From: Utricularia gibba
Taxonomy: Eukaryota; Plantae; Magnoliophyta
Length of the DNA stretch: 64,000 nucleotides
Reading direction: 5' to 3'
Assembly: GCA_002189035.1 (NCBI GenBank)
Contig: NEEC01000004.1
Location: forward strand, 2,604,001 to 2,668,000
Shown here one piece after another: positions 1 through 13,307 of this stretch. The notes under the pieces are model-generated. The model worked only from the letters and a program-made list of their open reading frames with translations, ran no database searches and was not told the DNA's origin. A program made the position numbers and the translations under genes. Each line of letters begins with the position of its first letter. Position 1 is the stretch's first letter.

Positions 1-1676
1 GCTCTAACCAAAGCATTCATCGCCCCTGCCTTCTTATTGTGGTCGTAAGACTTGCGTTTCTCACGCGAAACATAAGCGAACATGGGAATCCGAATATCTA
101 TACCCGTGAAGTCGAGTCTACCTTCATCAGGTCCGCCCAAGACTGCTTCCATCTCCGGCACTTTGCTCATTATCTACTAACATCTTAGTGATCAGAAGGA
201 TGATCTGATAGTCACAAACACACGCACTCAGAGAAATAGTATTTGGTACCTGTAAGATCCCAGCATGGTCGCCCTTGAAGTGATCAGGAATAGGAGTGAA
301 CCAAGTCCCCGGCCAATGGGTTCCGTCGGCCATCCATGTAGCCTTGGGGGTCTCCATCTTATGATCCGGAGGTATAACACCGTTATTCTTCTCCTTAACA
401 AGCCTCTTCTCCTGCATCTCTTCGTTCCTGTTATACATGTCGCATCGTTTCTTTATGACCTCCGGTAGACCGTTGATTCGAACCTTGAATTCGTCATACT
501 CCCTCTTAATCCACCGTCGGTCCTTTACAAAGTCTGGCTTCTTCTTGTTCTTTGTTGGGTCGGTCTTCTGGTTGAAGTAGCTATCTGGATTCCTCGGCTC
601 AATGTCATGCTTTCTACAGAATGGCACCCACACCTGTTTCCAGGCATGGTCTTCCATTGTTCATGAATTCATAAACAGAGAGACAGACATGCTTGGTTCG
701 TAAAAAGTTACCTCAGCAAACTTGACGGCTTCAGCCATGGCCTCGAACGTGAGAATGGCGCCGCCGTCGTCGGAAATATAGACAGAGAGTTTCTCCACCG
801 GATACTGCACTGCAAGAATAGATAAAATGGTGTTGGCCGTGACGAGAGGCGGCTCTTTTTCCGGATCCGCAGTCGATATGAACACATCCACTCCGGGAAG
901 GTCTGATCTCCCGGTCGGATTCGACGGACTCGGGATCTCGAACTTTTCCTTGAGTGCAGACAAATCTGCTGACCGATTTATGGGATTGAATTTGGGGAGA
1001 ATGTCAAGCAGCCAGGAGAAGGCGAACCAGAGCTCGCATACAATAGACATTCCCCAAAGCCACATGGCTTCATGATTCGGATTCGTCACCCGCCATGTCA
1101 AGAACAGAGCCAGAGTTATCATTCGAATCATAATCAAGACTCTGTAGGGACTAATGACGCTGCCGGGGACTTGAACCTTTCTGGTGAGCGGTTTCCATGG
1201 CTTATCCATGAAATCCTGCATACTCATCCCGATTCATGATCGAAGGCATCACCGTCATCCTCCCAGTACGCGTTGCCGATTCCGTACCTGCCTTTCGTTT
1301 CGAAAAGATAGCGATTGTGATCGAAATCTTGGGTTTGGCTTCGTAGAAGCATCGATTTATTGTTATTGTTGTCGTTTTTCAATGTGGATGACGATGATGA
1401 TGATGATTCAGAGCGGGATCGACCAGGTCCTCGATACGTCGACGTTCCATCGGGTTGATTGTCGGGAGTGGGAGGCATCATGACGGTGTAGTTGATGTAA
1501 TCGTTGTGGGCAGAGGAAGAGTCCCCCGGAGCGTCGTGTTCCTCGTCACGAGAGAGGCTGACGATGCGGCCGCTGGAAGTTCTGCGGGAGAATTTGACGG
1601 ATTGAGCGGAAGGGCGGTCGTGTTCACCACCGGCCGTGGAAGCGGAAGGGCGGCGGGTGGTGGATGATGTTGCCAT
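1..1676 (-). CDS. CSLD1: Cellulose synthase-like D, CSLD1 type; 5' part only, with one apparent 1-nt frameshift
   Basis: ATG at 1676. Exons 1676-712, 633-250 and 173-<1, with GT-AG introns 711-634 and 249-174. Motifs: [83 protein letters not shown]. No RING/Zn-finger in the N-terminus, as in CSLD1 orthologues. The frame breaks at the C3 run 1228-1230. Confidence 0.9.
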
Positions 1677-3086
1677 TGCGATGAGGGAGGGGTGCGGGGG
1701 GCAGAGGAATCTTCTTTTCAAGCGTTGGATCAGAAAAAGGGGAGTTCCAAAAATAGAAGCCTTAGGCCACCCACGCCTTGCATGACTCCTGGGGACTTGC
1801 TATTTTAGTGGGGAGCACAAAAGTCGCCTCATTCCTTGGCACTCCAATGACGTGATGTGGCTGGCTGGCTGCATTCGCTCTTCAAAATCTCCTGTAGGCT
1901 GCCTCTTCAACTCCATCCGGAGTGAGTCCTTCAGTGTCCCAATATTTCACAATTCAACAACTGGATGCCAAGTAGAAAAAACAAAAAGGGTAATATTTAC
2001 AATATATTTTGTTCCTCTGATTCGGCTGTTGGATTTGGGTCCCCTCGTGCTTGCTCTTACTCACGCACCCTTGGGCTTTTCCCTATGTTTTGGCATGTTT
2101 CAATTTGAATTTTTTGTCAAATCTGGAACATTTTCTAAAAAACTCAATTTACAAAATCGTGGGACATCCCTACTTTAATTAAAAAATATATTATTTTTAC
2201 TTTGGCATTTTATATTTCGTATTTCTTAACTATCATTATTGGTATTCAAATATGGATTTTCTATCATCATCGACAAATATTTAGGCCGTCTTTCTTTTGA
2301 TTTCATTAATTTATTCTCAAAGAATCGGGAGAGCTTATAGATCTGTAACTTGTGTTGATGTAGTTTTTATTATTATTATTTCAAGTTACGATTTGTGTAA
2401 TTGTATAATTCAATATTCATTTATCTATAACTTTTTTTTTAATTTACTTTTTTTTAGATGTTTCCATTTATGTGTTGCCTTGATGATATATATTTCAAAT
2501 TTAGGTATATTATTTTCAACTTTATTAGATTTCATAATACTGTTAATTTAGTAATAACTGAGATTATTGTTATGCTGGGTATGTTTTGTTTTTATTAGAA
2601 TATACAATACCACATCGGAAAAATGAAAGTGAAATAATCAAGTATATAAGAAATTGTGGATCATTAGTAATCGGTTGAACCTAATTTTTTTTATTATGAT
2701 TCATGTTTCTTGTATACTTGGACTTCATGTGTACGTTCACTTGACCCATCAGATACTGGATTCATGAATAGAGGCATCTGTATTGAGGCATGGTGGAGTA
2801 AACCAATTATATATATTATTAGGATGCGAAAGCAATGAGTGGTGGCTGCTTGGAAGGCGAAGACGACGTGAGAGGGGAGGGGCAGCTTGAGCTTGAGCTG
2901 GGCATGGCCCCAGTTGTTTTTTATTGGAAAAGGTAATGAATTGGCCACGTTCAGGAATGTACTTGAGTTAGGCTGGAGGTGGAGGGGCGGGGACGGCACA
3001 CCGACCGCATCCAGCATTAAATAAACGCAAACCATTTTCTAACAATCAGTGTATAACTTTTTAGATTATCGCGTGCCTTTTTTCCT

Positions 3087-3219
3087 GGGGGGGGGGGGGG
3101 GGGGGAAGAAAAGCCAAAGCCAAGCAGTTGAACGTCAACATAATAATACATACATGTGCGCATCGCATGCCAACCCACACCCACACCCACAGAACAGACA
3201 CACACACACACACACACAC
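3087..3219. repeat. G19 homopolymer (3087-3105) and (AC)11 microsatellite (3198-3219)
   Basis: Read directly from the sequence. CCCACA-type units lie between the two tracts. Confidence 0.95.
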
Positions 3220-4205
3220 CAACTCCCAACTCAAATGAGTAGACACTAGTAAATGCGACCAAGTGCTATGAATTTTTGGCCGACAGGGGTGGGCAAGAAA
3301 TCTGGTGCAGTAACTTTACAACACCCCACTGTTCTATGATTCGTTACTTGATTTAAATATATTTTTAATAAGAATGTTGACAGACATGTGGATGTATCAA
3401 ACTGATTAACACATGATAAATATTTTATTCATATAAAATAAAAATGTGATGTTTAAATCACACCTTATTGAGTGAGATCCAGACATTAAGGTATATCAAA
3501 TACTCATTTATCGAATATGGGATTTTAATAGAGATATTAATATTTGTCACCATTTACCACTAGAAGCACCTCCCTAGATGCGGATAAGTATTTGGTGATG
3601 CCACCGCTGGTTAGAGTAGGATTTACTGGGAATCCCGACCCGACCCGACCCGACCCATATTCGTTTGTTGATATTAATTGTGTCAACTGCCCAGCCAGCC
3701 AGCACATTCATTGCCACCCAGACCTAAATACACATTTCAAGATTCCTCCAACCAGATGATGCTGTAGAGTGTAGTGTTGCCCCAACTCCAACTCCAGCTC
3801 AGGCATTTTTGTATTAGATTTACAATTAATCACAAATTCTTGTAACATATGTAGTAAACACCACTCAAATGCATGTCCAACCCATCCATTACACAATGTA
3901 CTCTGCATTTTTTAACTCACCCTTTACTTGGGTAAGGCTGATTTTTTTATACTAATAAAATAGAAGTAGTATTCATATTTTTTAAAAAATATTTTCAGAA
4001 CATAAGTATATATAGGATACGCCCAACTTGGAATGGGATTCATTCATTGGACTGAGAGTTCCCCATTTCCATCATATGCTTTAGCGTAGGTAGGGATAAG
4101 GCACCATCCTCGTGTTCTAATCCCTAGACCGTGATCAAGTTGAAACCACGTTGAAATAGTAATTGATAACATGACATTTCACTTTATAAAAAATATTAAA
4201 TTAAT

Positions 4206-4317
4206 TATTGATTGAATAAAATTAATTGGACAATCTCGGCCTATTGATTGAACATACTTCGTACAAAAGTGGTTCTTTACTATTGATTGAATAAAAAAAA
4301 TTACACAATCTCGGCCT
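4206..4317. repeat. 37-bp imperfect direct repeat upstream of the esterase
   Basis: TATTGATTGAATAAAA...CAATCTCGGCCT at 4206-4242 and 4281-4317, plus a partial third copy TATTGATTGAA at 4242-4252. Confidence 0.85.
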
Positions 4318-4424
4318 CCAACCTTACAATAAAAACCAACCATACCTTCACATACAAAGCCGCACAAGATATAGCCCACATACCGTCGCGAAAGAAGAAG
4401 AAAGAAGAAGAGAAGAGAAGAGGA

Positions 4425-5405
4425 ATGGCGCATCCAATTCATGAAGCGAATGAAAGCAGCCCTTACGGCAACTTGACAAGAGAGAAATTCTACGAGAGAA
4501 ACGGGATTTCCCACGAAGAAAGCTTCATGCTCAACCACCAGAGCCTCAAAATCTTCACACAAACATGGCAACCGCAGTCCAAGCCCACAGCTCTCATTGC
4601 CATGATCCATGGCTACACCTCCCAAAGCAGCTGGCTCTTCGAGCTCAACGCCGTCGCCTTTGCCAAATCCGGCTTCCTCGTATGCGCGCTGGACCTTCAA
4701 GGCCATGGCTTGTCGAAAGGTCCCTCCGATCACATGCCTGATCTTCAGCCTTTGATCAAAGACTGCGCTCAGTATTTCGATTCGATTAGGAGCCGGCACC
4801 CGGACCTCCCTCACTTTCTCTACGGCGAGTCCTTGGGAGGTGCCATCGCATTGGTTTTATGCTTGCACCATAATGATATTATGATTAGGCCATGGAGGGG
4901 ACTGGTTTTGAGTGGATCAATGTGCAGAATTACCAAAAAGATGAGGCTTTGGCCACTTGACAAACTTACAAAGATTGCAGCCTTGATCGCTCCAACTTGG
5001 AGACCCGGATTCGTGAGGCCGCCGGCAAGTCTTTCTTACAGGCAAGATTGGAAGAGGAAGCTCGCGAAGCGCAGCCCGAATCGTCGGAGCTGCGGCAGGC
5101 CGACTCTCGCTTCGATTGTGGAGATATTCAAAGTGTGTGATTACATAAAGAAAAAGTGCGGGGCGATAAGTGTCCCCATGCTGGTTTTGCACGGGGAGAA
5201 GGATGCTGTTTGTGATCCGGAAGGAGCAAAGCATCTGTATAAAATGGCTGCCAGCACAGACAAAACGTTGATGATTTATCCAGGAATGTGGCATCTGATG
5301 ATCGGGGAAGACAACCAAAGGGTGGAGGATATATTCGCGACCATGGTGAAGTGGATACATCTCAGAGCAGCCGCGGATCCGCCGAACAATCCACCCGCCT
5401 GCTGA
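4425..5405 (+). CDS. Intronless alpha/beta-hydrolase (Hydrolase_4; monoacylglycerol lipase / caffeoylshikimate esterase-like), 326 aa
   Basis: MAHPIHEANE start, IHGY oxyanion motif, LDLQGHG, nucleophile elbow GESLG, acid in LHGEKD, His in GMWH. Single open frame within ORF 4287-5405. Confidence 0.9.
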   Translation: MAHPIHEANESSPYGNLTREKFYERNGISHEESFMLNHQSLKIFTQTWQPQSKPTALIAMIHGYTSQSSWLFELNAVAFAKSGFLVCALDLQGHGLSKGPSDHMPDLQPLIKDCAQYFDSIRSRHPDLPHFLYGESLGGAIALVLCLHHNDIMIRPWRGLVLSGSMCRITKKMRLWPLDKLTKIAALIAPTWRPGFVRPPASLSYRQDWKRKLAKRSPNRRSCGRPTLASIVEIFKVCDYIKKKCGAISVPMLVLHGEKDAVCDPEGAKHLYKMAASTDKTLMIYPGMWHLMIGEDNQRVEDIFATMVKWIHLRAAADPPNNPPAC

Positions 5406-8400
5406 TGACATTTTCTGTACTAACTCTATTTTCGTTTCCTGCGTGAATGCTCATTTTGCATTGAAAACGCGGTGTGTCCGCAGCCATCAACAGTACAAAC
5501 TCAACTGAACGATGCCTGTGAGGATTTACGTGAAGACACGAAACTATCTCAAGAACCAGAAAGCTCCAATTAGAAAAAAGAGAACCGAGTGCTTGCAGAC
5601 TGTGTGACGTGTGATTAGCGTGAGAAGGATTGATCAACTGCTGGTTGTTTTCGTGCATAAAACGCGATGGGAACCTGTTGCCTGGTGGTGTACAAGGATT
5701 GAGGGTGACGAGGAGGAAACCGCTGGGACGAAGATGGCCACTTGCTTGAAAAAACGGACAGCCTCAGCATCCGGCGATACTTTCCAAGCAAACGTAACCA
5801 TCAATAATTGATTATATTTTGGAGAGATTCGCAGTAAATGATTCTATTTTTTTTTTCAATTTTGTCGAGAAATTAAATCAATCGTTTAACAACTGAATGA
5901 ACACGTGGTCATATCACACTACTATTTCACGTCTGATAATATTAAATGAGTGCGAGATTATATTAAGAATATCTTATTGATTGCATTACTATTTTTACAT
6001 ATTTAAAATTAACACTATGCAAAGTACCATTTTTTTATGAACATAGTGGGGACATTTATTAAGTATTTTAATTCACTATTTATTTACGTTTAAATACATA
6101 TATTATCAATAAATATATATCTCAAAAATAATTTATAATAAAATTAATTATATCTTTCATTCTCTATAATATTTATTTCATAAATTTTAATAAATATACT
6201 TTAGATCCAATTCGAATAAATCAAATTGATTATAATTCTACAAGTGTACGAAAATGATCAAATTAATAAATAATGATCGTTTTCACTGTTTGGATTTTTT
6301 TAAAAAAATAACTGTAAAATGAACTACAATAAAAGAAAAAAGACTATTTTAAAAAAAATATAGCAAAATATATTTGAATCATAGATTTCGTTTACTAAAA
6401 CTAACACATGTGTATATATAAATCTTAAGAATTGATTTACTTACGCAAATTATGGAGATATTATTGTAAATTAATGCTATTTGGTAACTATAATTATACA
6501 ATTCCTCATTTTGTGAAATTATAAAATTAACAACGTCATCGGAGTTATTTCACATATTATGATAATTAGTGTTTTATTCATGTTTAATTCTACCTCCTAC
6601 ATCTTACACACCCTTGCATACAAATGAATCCAAATATGTATTATCAATGATATCTGATTGAACTCTTATTATTTGATACTTGAGGTTAATCTTGAATTTT
6701 TATCATATTCTCTTAGGATTTTATAACACTCAATAGTATTTTGACAAAGAAAATATTATAAAAAATAAAATCAAATCTCTATTTAAATACCATGAACATA
6801 ATAAAATACTCACACATGCAAGAACTTATACAAATAATATTTCATCATAGATACTTAGCTGCAATCACCTATATGTGCTTGCTTAATTTTAACATATGAA
6901 ATTGATAAAAAAACAAAAAAAAAAAACAAAGTTCATAAGATGTGGGACTTGATTATAAACTCCTACACTGGGTTAAAAACTCTGAAAATTCTCAACATTT
7001 GGATGTTTAGGTTATTATATAGAAATGGAGGGGTTTTCTAAATTAACTTGTATCATTTTTTTTCCAAATCTTATAAAATAAGATTCAAATCTTATCATTT
7101 TATTCGAGATTTATTTAATCAAATAAATAAATAAAGATTCATTTTTTTAGAATTGACTATTGTGACTTGTGAGTATTGAATATATTTTATATCCTGGTTT
7201 TGAAATAAAATATTATTTTCTTATTTACAGAAATCATCATTATTCTTTCTTTATTATTTTCATTTATAATTTTCTTATACTCTTTTTATTTGCTGCCTTG
7301 TTCATAGTTGTATATATGAAAAATTAAACGTAAAAAATTTATTAAAATATAAAAATTGATTAAAATAAAGAATAAATATGAACACGATGAATTTAGCTTA
7401 GTTAGTGAAATTTACTTTGAATGAAAGTTTTAGAATATCCTGTTTTGAATATTTTACAACTATTTTGAAAACACATTTATCAAAAAAAATATTAATATCA
7501 ATACACGTGTTTAAATACATAAACATGTTTTGGTAACCCTCCCTATAAATAGTTCTTCTAGTAACTTTCCTCTGCAATTGATTTTGCAAGAATTTGGATA
7601 AACTATTTTGGATTTTAAAAGGAATGCAAAGTCAACAAATGACTAGAGAATTCAAATATTCCGTGGATTTACATACATAGATATATATTATTTTATTTTA
7701 TTTCAAAAATAAAGTTTTTTAAAAAAATCAGAAGATTTTTTTATTTAATTATGAAATGTCATTCACTTTATAAAAAGAGCTATTGGAAAATTGTGTAGCA
7801 CTTTAATCAAATGGTTTAGAGAACAGATTTTAGTTAAAGTTAATTTGATTATGTGGATTTTTAGTGTTTTACACTGAAGTCGATGTAGAATAAGAATAAT
7901 AATAGAGATAGTATTCCGTATGATGCCATGAATCGCTTGTTGCCGCCGGTTCTGAAACTGATGACCAAAATACAAAGAAATGAAAAAAGAAGGGTTTCTG
8001 TTAGGTCCGGTGGAACTATTGACTCCGTGAAGGCCGTAATTGCACGCATCGCCGCATGATTCTGCTCTGCCACAGTACTGCTTAATGTTCTAGGAGATTC
8101 GTGTTGTTCCTATTCATCCCACTTCCGCTGAGCCCAATCGGCCGTATGGAAGCAAACCGTAAGCATTCACTGGGCCTTCCTACTGTCCTTATCTTAGGAT
8201 CTTTGGGATCTTTCATTTGCTGATTCGATCATCATTTTCAAAAATAAATTTATTCTTTAAATGTCTCTCCCATTAGGTTCATATACTGATGTTTGTATCT
8301 CGAGTAATTTGTTGGCAGATGAATTGTTTTATCAACATTTATGTTTTCTCTGTTTCAGTTGCTAGTCTGCGTAAGAGGTGTGGCTGCAGTTTCTGTGCAT

Positions 8401-8927
8401 GTTGTGTGAAATTTGCTCATTTCTGCTTTTGTTTTCCCCAAAAATTGTTCCGATGACTCATAATGTCAGACAGACAAAGACGGCTTGATCATTTGCTTGT
8501 GGTGTTCAAGTGACGTTGTCCATCTATGTAACGTGTGGGAGATTGCATAGGAGTTTCAGCCTTCTGATATGGTTTTGTATTGTTTTCGGGACCTTTTGAG
8601 CACATTTAAAAGTTTTGCAAGACTCTTTTTCCAAGCTTGTTGTTCGTTATTATCACTAGATTGTTTTCTGATGTAGGGGAGTCTTTAAAATTTTCTTGAA
8701 AACAGGATGGGTTACGGTTCGTTCAAAAGTGCTACAATCAAGGCCTTTTTGAAATTTGCAGATAGAGATGTGTAATCTCCAATATGCTCCTCTAGCAGAA
8801 GCTTATTCATTGGATAATCAGAGCAGATTTGGTGGCCCTTTATTCGATCAAAGAAGAGCTTATTGATCGTCTACATATCCCCTTCAGCAACATTGCTAAA
8901 AGTGTAAGCAAGTGACCACTCACCAGG

Positions 8928-11900
8928 ATGGATGAATACAGGGAAAATGAAGTGCTGCTTCCTAACTGGATACATAAAAACCCAAATGACATGGCAGATT
9001 CACAACTCTTCATCATTTCTTGTTTTGTTGCTGGTCTCGTGGGTATCCTTACAATTTTATACACTGCTTTCCAGTGGAGGAAAAATATCAATCTTAGTTG
9101 GATGAAGGCCATTGCTAGATCAAATAAGGAGCCCAAATTAAGGAACACTGTTCTCATATCACCTCATAGTTGGAATTTGGAATCTGTGTATCGTGGGAAA
9201 AGCATCAATTGTTGTGTATGCTTAGAGCCAGTAGCCCCCTCACAGGCTCTGGGACCTGTGGTGACTTCTGATGCTTTCATTCACCGGTGCTGGATATGTG
9301 GCGCAGCAGCTCACCTGGGCTGCTCTGCCAACGCACCAAAGGATTGTAAGTGCATATCCATGTTTGGCTGCGAAAATGTGCTGCATCAGTGGACTGTAAT
9401 GTGGACAGAGGTGAATGATGAATCTTCTGTGTGCAGCTATTGTGATGAGCCATGTAGTGCATCCCTGCTCGGAGGATCACCAATATGGTATTGCTTGTGG
9501 TGTCAGCGTTTTGTGCATGTGGATTGTCATGGTAACATGATTAATGAAACAGGAGATGTTTGTGACTTAGGCCCTTTTAAAAGGCTCATCTTGTCACCCT
9601 TGTATGTAAAGAAATCAAGCAAGACATCTGGTGGATTCTTAAGCTCGATTACTCATGGAGCCAATGAGATTGCATCATCTGTACGTGCTAGTATTAGAAG
9701 TCAACATAAAAAGCATAAAAATGGGTATGAGGCCTCTCCTGAAATTGGTAACAGCAGCAGCAATAGTGATGGTTCCAGAGAAACCAGTGCATCAACCAGT
9801 AATCCAGTTAATTGCACTAGTAGGGTCGAAGAATATGATGATGGTTCTGAGAATGTTAAACAGTTCATTGAACAGAATGGGGAAGTTAAAATGATGGATA
9901 AAGTTAATAGTTTCAAAAGTAGCTTGTCATTCAAAGGTAAGGATGAGGCCCAATTAAAGGGAATGAAGCAGATTTATGAATTGATTGATTTGCCATCTGA
10001 TGCTAGGCCCTTACTAGTCTTTATCAACAAAAAGAGTGGAGCTCAAAGAGGTGATTCACTTAGGCAGAAGCTGAACTTTCTTCTTAATCCTGTTCAGGTG
10101 AGAATCATTCTTTTTATAAGATAGGCAGCATCATGAAGGCTCATATAAGAGCTGTATGTTCTAAATTTGATACGGGTGCAAAACTTGCACCCGTATCAAA
10201 AGAACATACAGGTCGTGTACTCCAATTTGATACGGGTGCAAGTTTTGCATACATGACCTTGTATGTCTTCAGAAATTTGACTTTTTACATTGTTGTTGTT
10301 AGTATGAATAGCATTTCTGTTTTCTAGTATAGGCACTTAATGTTATGTTGAATTCAGTGGCATTATATTGTATTGACATTATAGTCTTCTACTTCAGATT
10401 TGTGAATTAAGCTCAACACAAGGACCAGAAGCTGGACTTTCTTTATTCAGAAAGGTGCCCCATTTCCGTGTTTTGGTCTGCGGTGGAGATGGCACTGTTG
10501 GCTGGGTTCTGGACACTATAGAAAAACAAGGTTTTATATCTCCACCTCCAGTGGCCATTCTTCCCGCTGGAACAGGAAATGACTTAGCCCGTGTTCTTTC
10601 TTGGGGAGCGGGCCTAGGTTCAGTTGAGAGGCAAGGAGGCCTTTCCACATTTATGGGTGACATAGAACATGCTGCTGTTACTCTTCTTGACCGGTGGAAA
10701 GTATCAGTCACAGATAAGCAGGGAAGATCACTTCAACCTACTAAGTTTCTGAACAACTATCTTGGTATGCTCAAGTTTTTTTCCTATGCCAGAATACCCT
10801 TAGTTATTCCTATTTTTAATGCAGTGCAGTTTCAGTTGCTTTCAGTAACCCAGTGCGTGCTTCTGCCTTTAAGTACTTGTACTATTACCTTAAAAGCTAA
10901 CTTTATGCTACTACTTGCATTGTGGTCTTTGTTGAAGGGGTTGGATGTGATGCAAAGGTTGCTCTAGAAATCCATAACTTGAGAGAAGAAAACCCAGAGA
11001 AATTCTGTAGTCAGGTAGCTCTTTTAGAAGATATCTTTTCCTTTGCTGCTTTTAAGTGCAGGCCACATTATGTTCTGAGCGACCTAATTTTTTCATTTGC
11101 CACAAATCCTTCAACATACCAGCAGATTACCACTCGTGTTGTTGTTTTATCAAATATAGAATGTGAACTGAAATGAGTTAGTAACACACTTCTGTGAGAA
11201 GAGAGACATTTATTCATCATTCCGAGGAAACTTGGGTTGCAACTTAGTGTGGTGAGCTTGTCATACAATATTTCCCTCAATTTAGTGAATCTCAGAAAAG
11301 TCATGAACTTTGATGTATTTGATAAGATTTTAAGGCTATTTTAATATTATTGTCCAGTGTTCTGACAGTTATTATTGCTATCTGAAAAGAAGTGTAAGTT
11401 ATTTGCCTGCAGTGTACCGTTTTCAGTCCTACTTTATATCGCACAAGTAGAAACGAGAAAGGATGAATTCTCTCTTTTACTTTTCTTCTTTTGATATTGG
11501 TATCATATGAAGCAATCTGCAGTTCATGAATAAAGTTCTTTATGCAAGAGAAGGCGCTAGAAGTATAATGGACAGAACATATGCGAACTTACCTTGGCAA
11601 GTTAAAGTAGAGGTTGATGGTTCAGAGATTGAAGTTCCAGAGGTGAGTGCAGCGCTTCAGAGTATGCTTGTTGTGTAAACAGTTTCCATCGGTGATCACT
11701 TACAATGTCCAAAAGAGTCTTGTATGGCAATGGGTAGAAGCCAAATTTGATGTTCATTTTTGTTGGTCTGTAGGATGCTGAGGGCATCATCTTAGCTAAT
11801 ATTGGAAGTTATATGGGAGGTGTTGACTTGTGGCATAATGAAGATGAGAGCTACGAAAATTTCAATCCGCAGTCAATGCACGATAAAGTGCTGGAGGTCG

Positions 11901-12548
11901 TGAGCATTTCTGGCATGTGGCATCTAGGAAAGCTGCAGGTAACGTTGGCATTCCAGGAAGTCCGATAAAATTTTCAGCATTCAGTTGCATTCCCTTCGCA
12001 TGTATTGAAGGACAAGGATTTGTCCTTACACGAGTTCTCGTTTTCTTGGAATGGGAGTTATTCTGTTGTCCAGCCCCGCATATCTATCATCTTTGCTCCT
12101 CTAATCTGGAACAAATAGATGCCGTATTGATTCGTGTAAAGATGGGGTGTGGTGCAGGTTGGCCTCTCACGAGCTTGCAGGATTGCACAAGGACATTCCA
12201 TCAAGATCCACCTTTTTTCTGGATTCCCAGTCCAAATAGATGGGGAGCCCTGGTTTCAACAGACTTGTACATTGTCAGTCACACACCACGGGCAGGTAGG
12301 AGAGTGCATTGCCCATCTTTTATGGTAGCAGCATACGCGGAACCATAATCTCCCTCCCTAGTCTAATGATAACTTCTGGGCTGCATGTTGTTTGTCAGGC
12401 TTTCATGTTGAAAAGGGCAACGGAACAACCTCTCGGCCATGCAGCTGCCATTATAGCTGATGTGCTCGAGAATGCTGAATCAAATCATGTTATCAGTTCG
12501 TCGCAGAAGCGACTGCTGCTTCAAGAAATGGCTCTAAGGCTTTCTTAG
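8928..12548 (+). CDS. DGK1: Diacylglycerol kinase 1 (N-terminal TM, two C1 domains, catalytic and accessory domains)
   Basis: Exons 8928-10097, 10398-10764, 10938-11014, 11523-11642, 11774-11938, 12158-12295 and 12399-12548, all GT-AG and in frame. Motifs: [52 protein letters not shown]-terminal LQEMALRLS. Confidence 0.95.
10152..10249. repeat. Inverted-repeat (hairpin) cluster in DGK1 intron 1
   Basis: TTTGATACGGGTGCAA (10166-10181), loop AAC, then TTGCACCCGTATCAAA (10185-10200). The stem is extended by CTGTATGTTCT/AGAACATACAG (10152-10162/10201-10211). Segment 10226-10249 is the exact reverse complement of 10177-10200. Confidence 0.9.
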
Positions 12549-13307
12549 AACACAACAACATATCATTTTCTACCCATTGCTGCAGGATAACAAACCACAT
12601 GGCTTACAGGAATAATGTGTTGCCGGATCAGTAACAAAAAGAAAAAAAAAAAAAAAAAAAAACACAAATATCGTGCCACTCCTTAGAATTCTTACAGTTC
12701 CAAAGAGCCCTCAATGATTTTTAGGGCATCTTGTCAGTCATTAAGGCATTATTGTTATTGCGTGTTGTAAATTTTTCTCTGGTTGAATGGAATTTGCTTA
12801 GGAAAATTATGCCTTCGTTTGTAATTTAATTCAAAATTTACTAATTTGGTTTACATGAAGTGATATTTTTTTTAAAAAAATAACATCAAATTTATTTATA
12901 ATTAAAATATAAAAACGAGAGTGGTAAAATTAAAAAATGATAATAATATTGGATATTACGAAAAGGATGTGACATAATTGATAATTTTTGTTATAGAATT
13001 TATGAAAAATGTGTGCAAATGTAAAATATAATTAAAATTAGAGTAATATTGGATATTATGAAAAAAAAAGGAAATAAATCGAATCTAACATCCTATTTTA
13101 AAGCATTATCTGAAAATGTATTCAATGGAACCTATGGCGTGTTTTAAAAATTCATGTTGCATTATTTTTATTATTTTACTCTTACACATTTGTTTGCGAA
13201 ACTAATTTTTCATAACAATCTCAATTTTATCTCCATTTCTATTTTTTATTTTTAGAAAATAAAAAATAGATTTAAAAAGGCTTTGGAGAAGGCCGGTACC
13301 CTAGTTC

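Noticed and set aside
3625-3660. (CCCGA)4 tract as the end of a hAT or MITE element
   Set aside because: No partner TIR or TSD could be found.
4179-4814. 211-aa and 164-aa antisense ORFs over the esterase, and similar antisense ORFs over CSLD1, ABCC and CRM
   Set aside because: Shadow ORFs of coding sequence on the opposite strand, with no independent homology signal.
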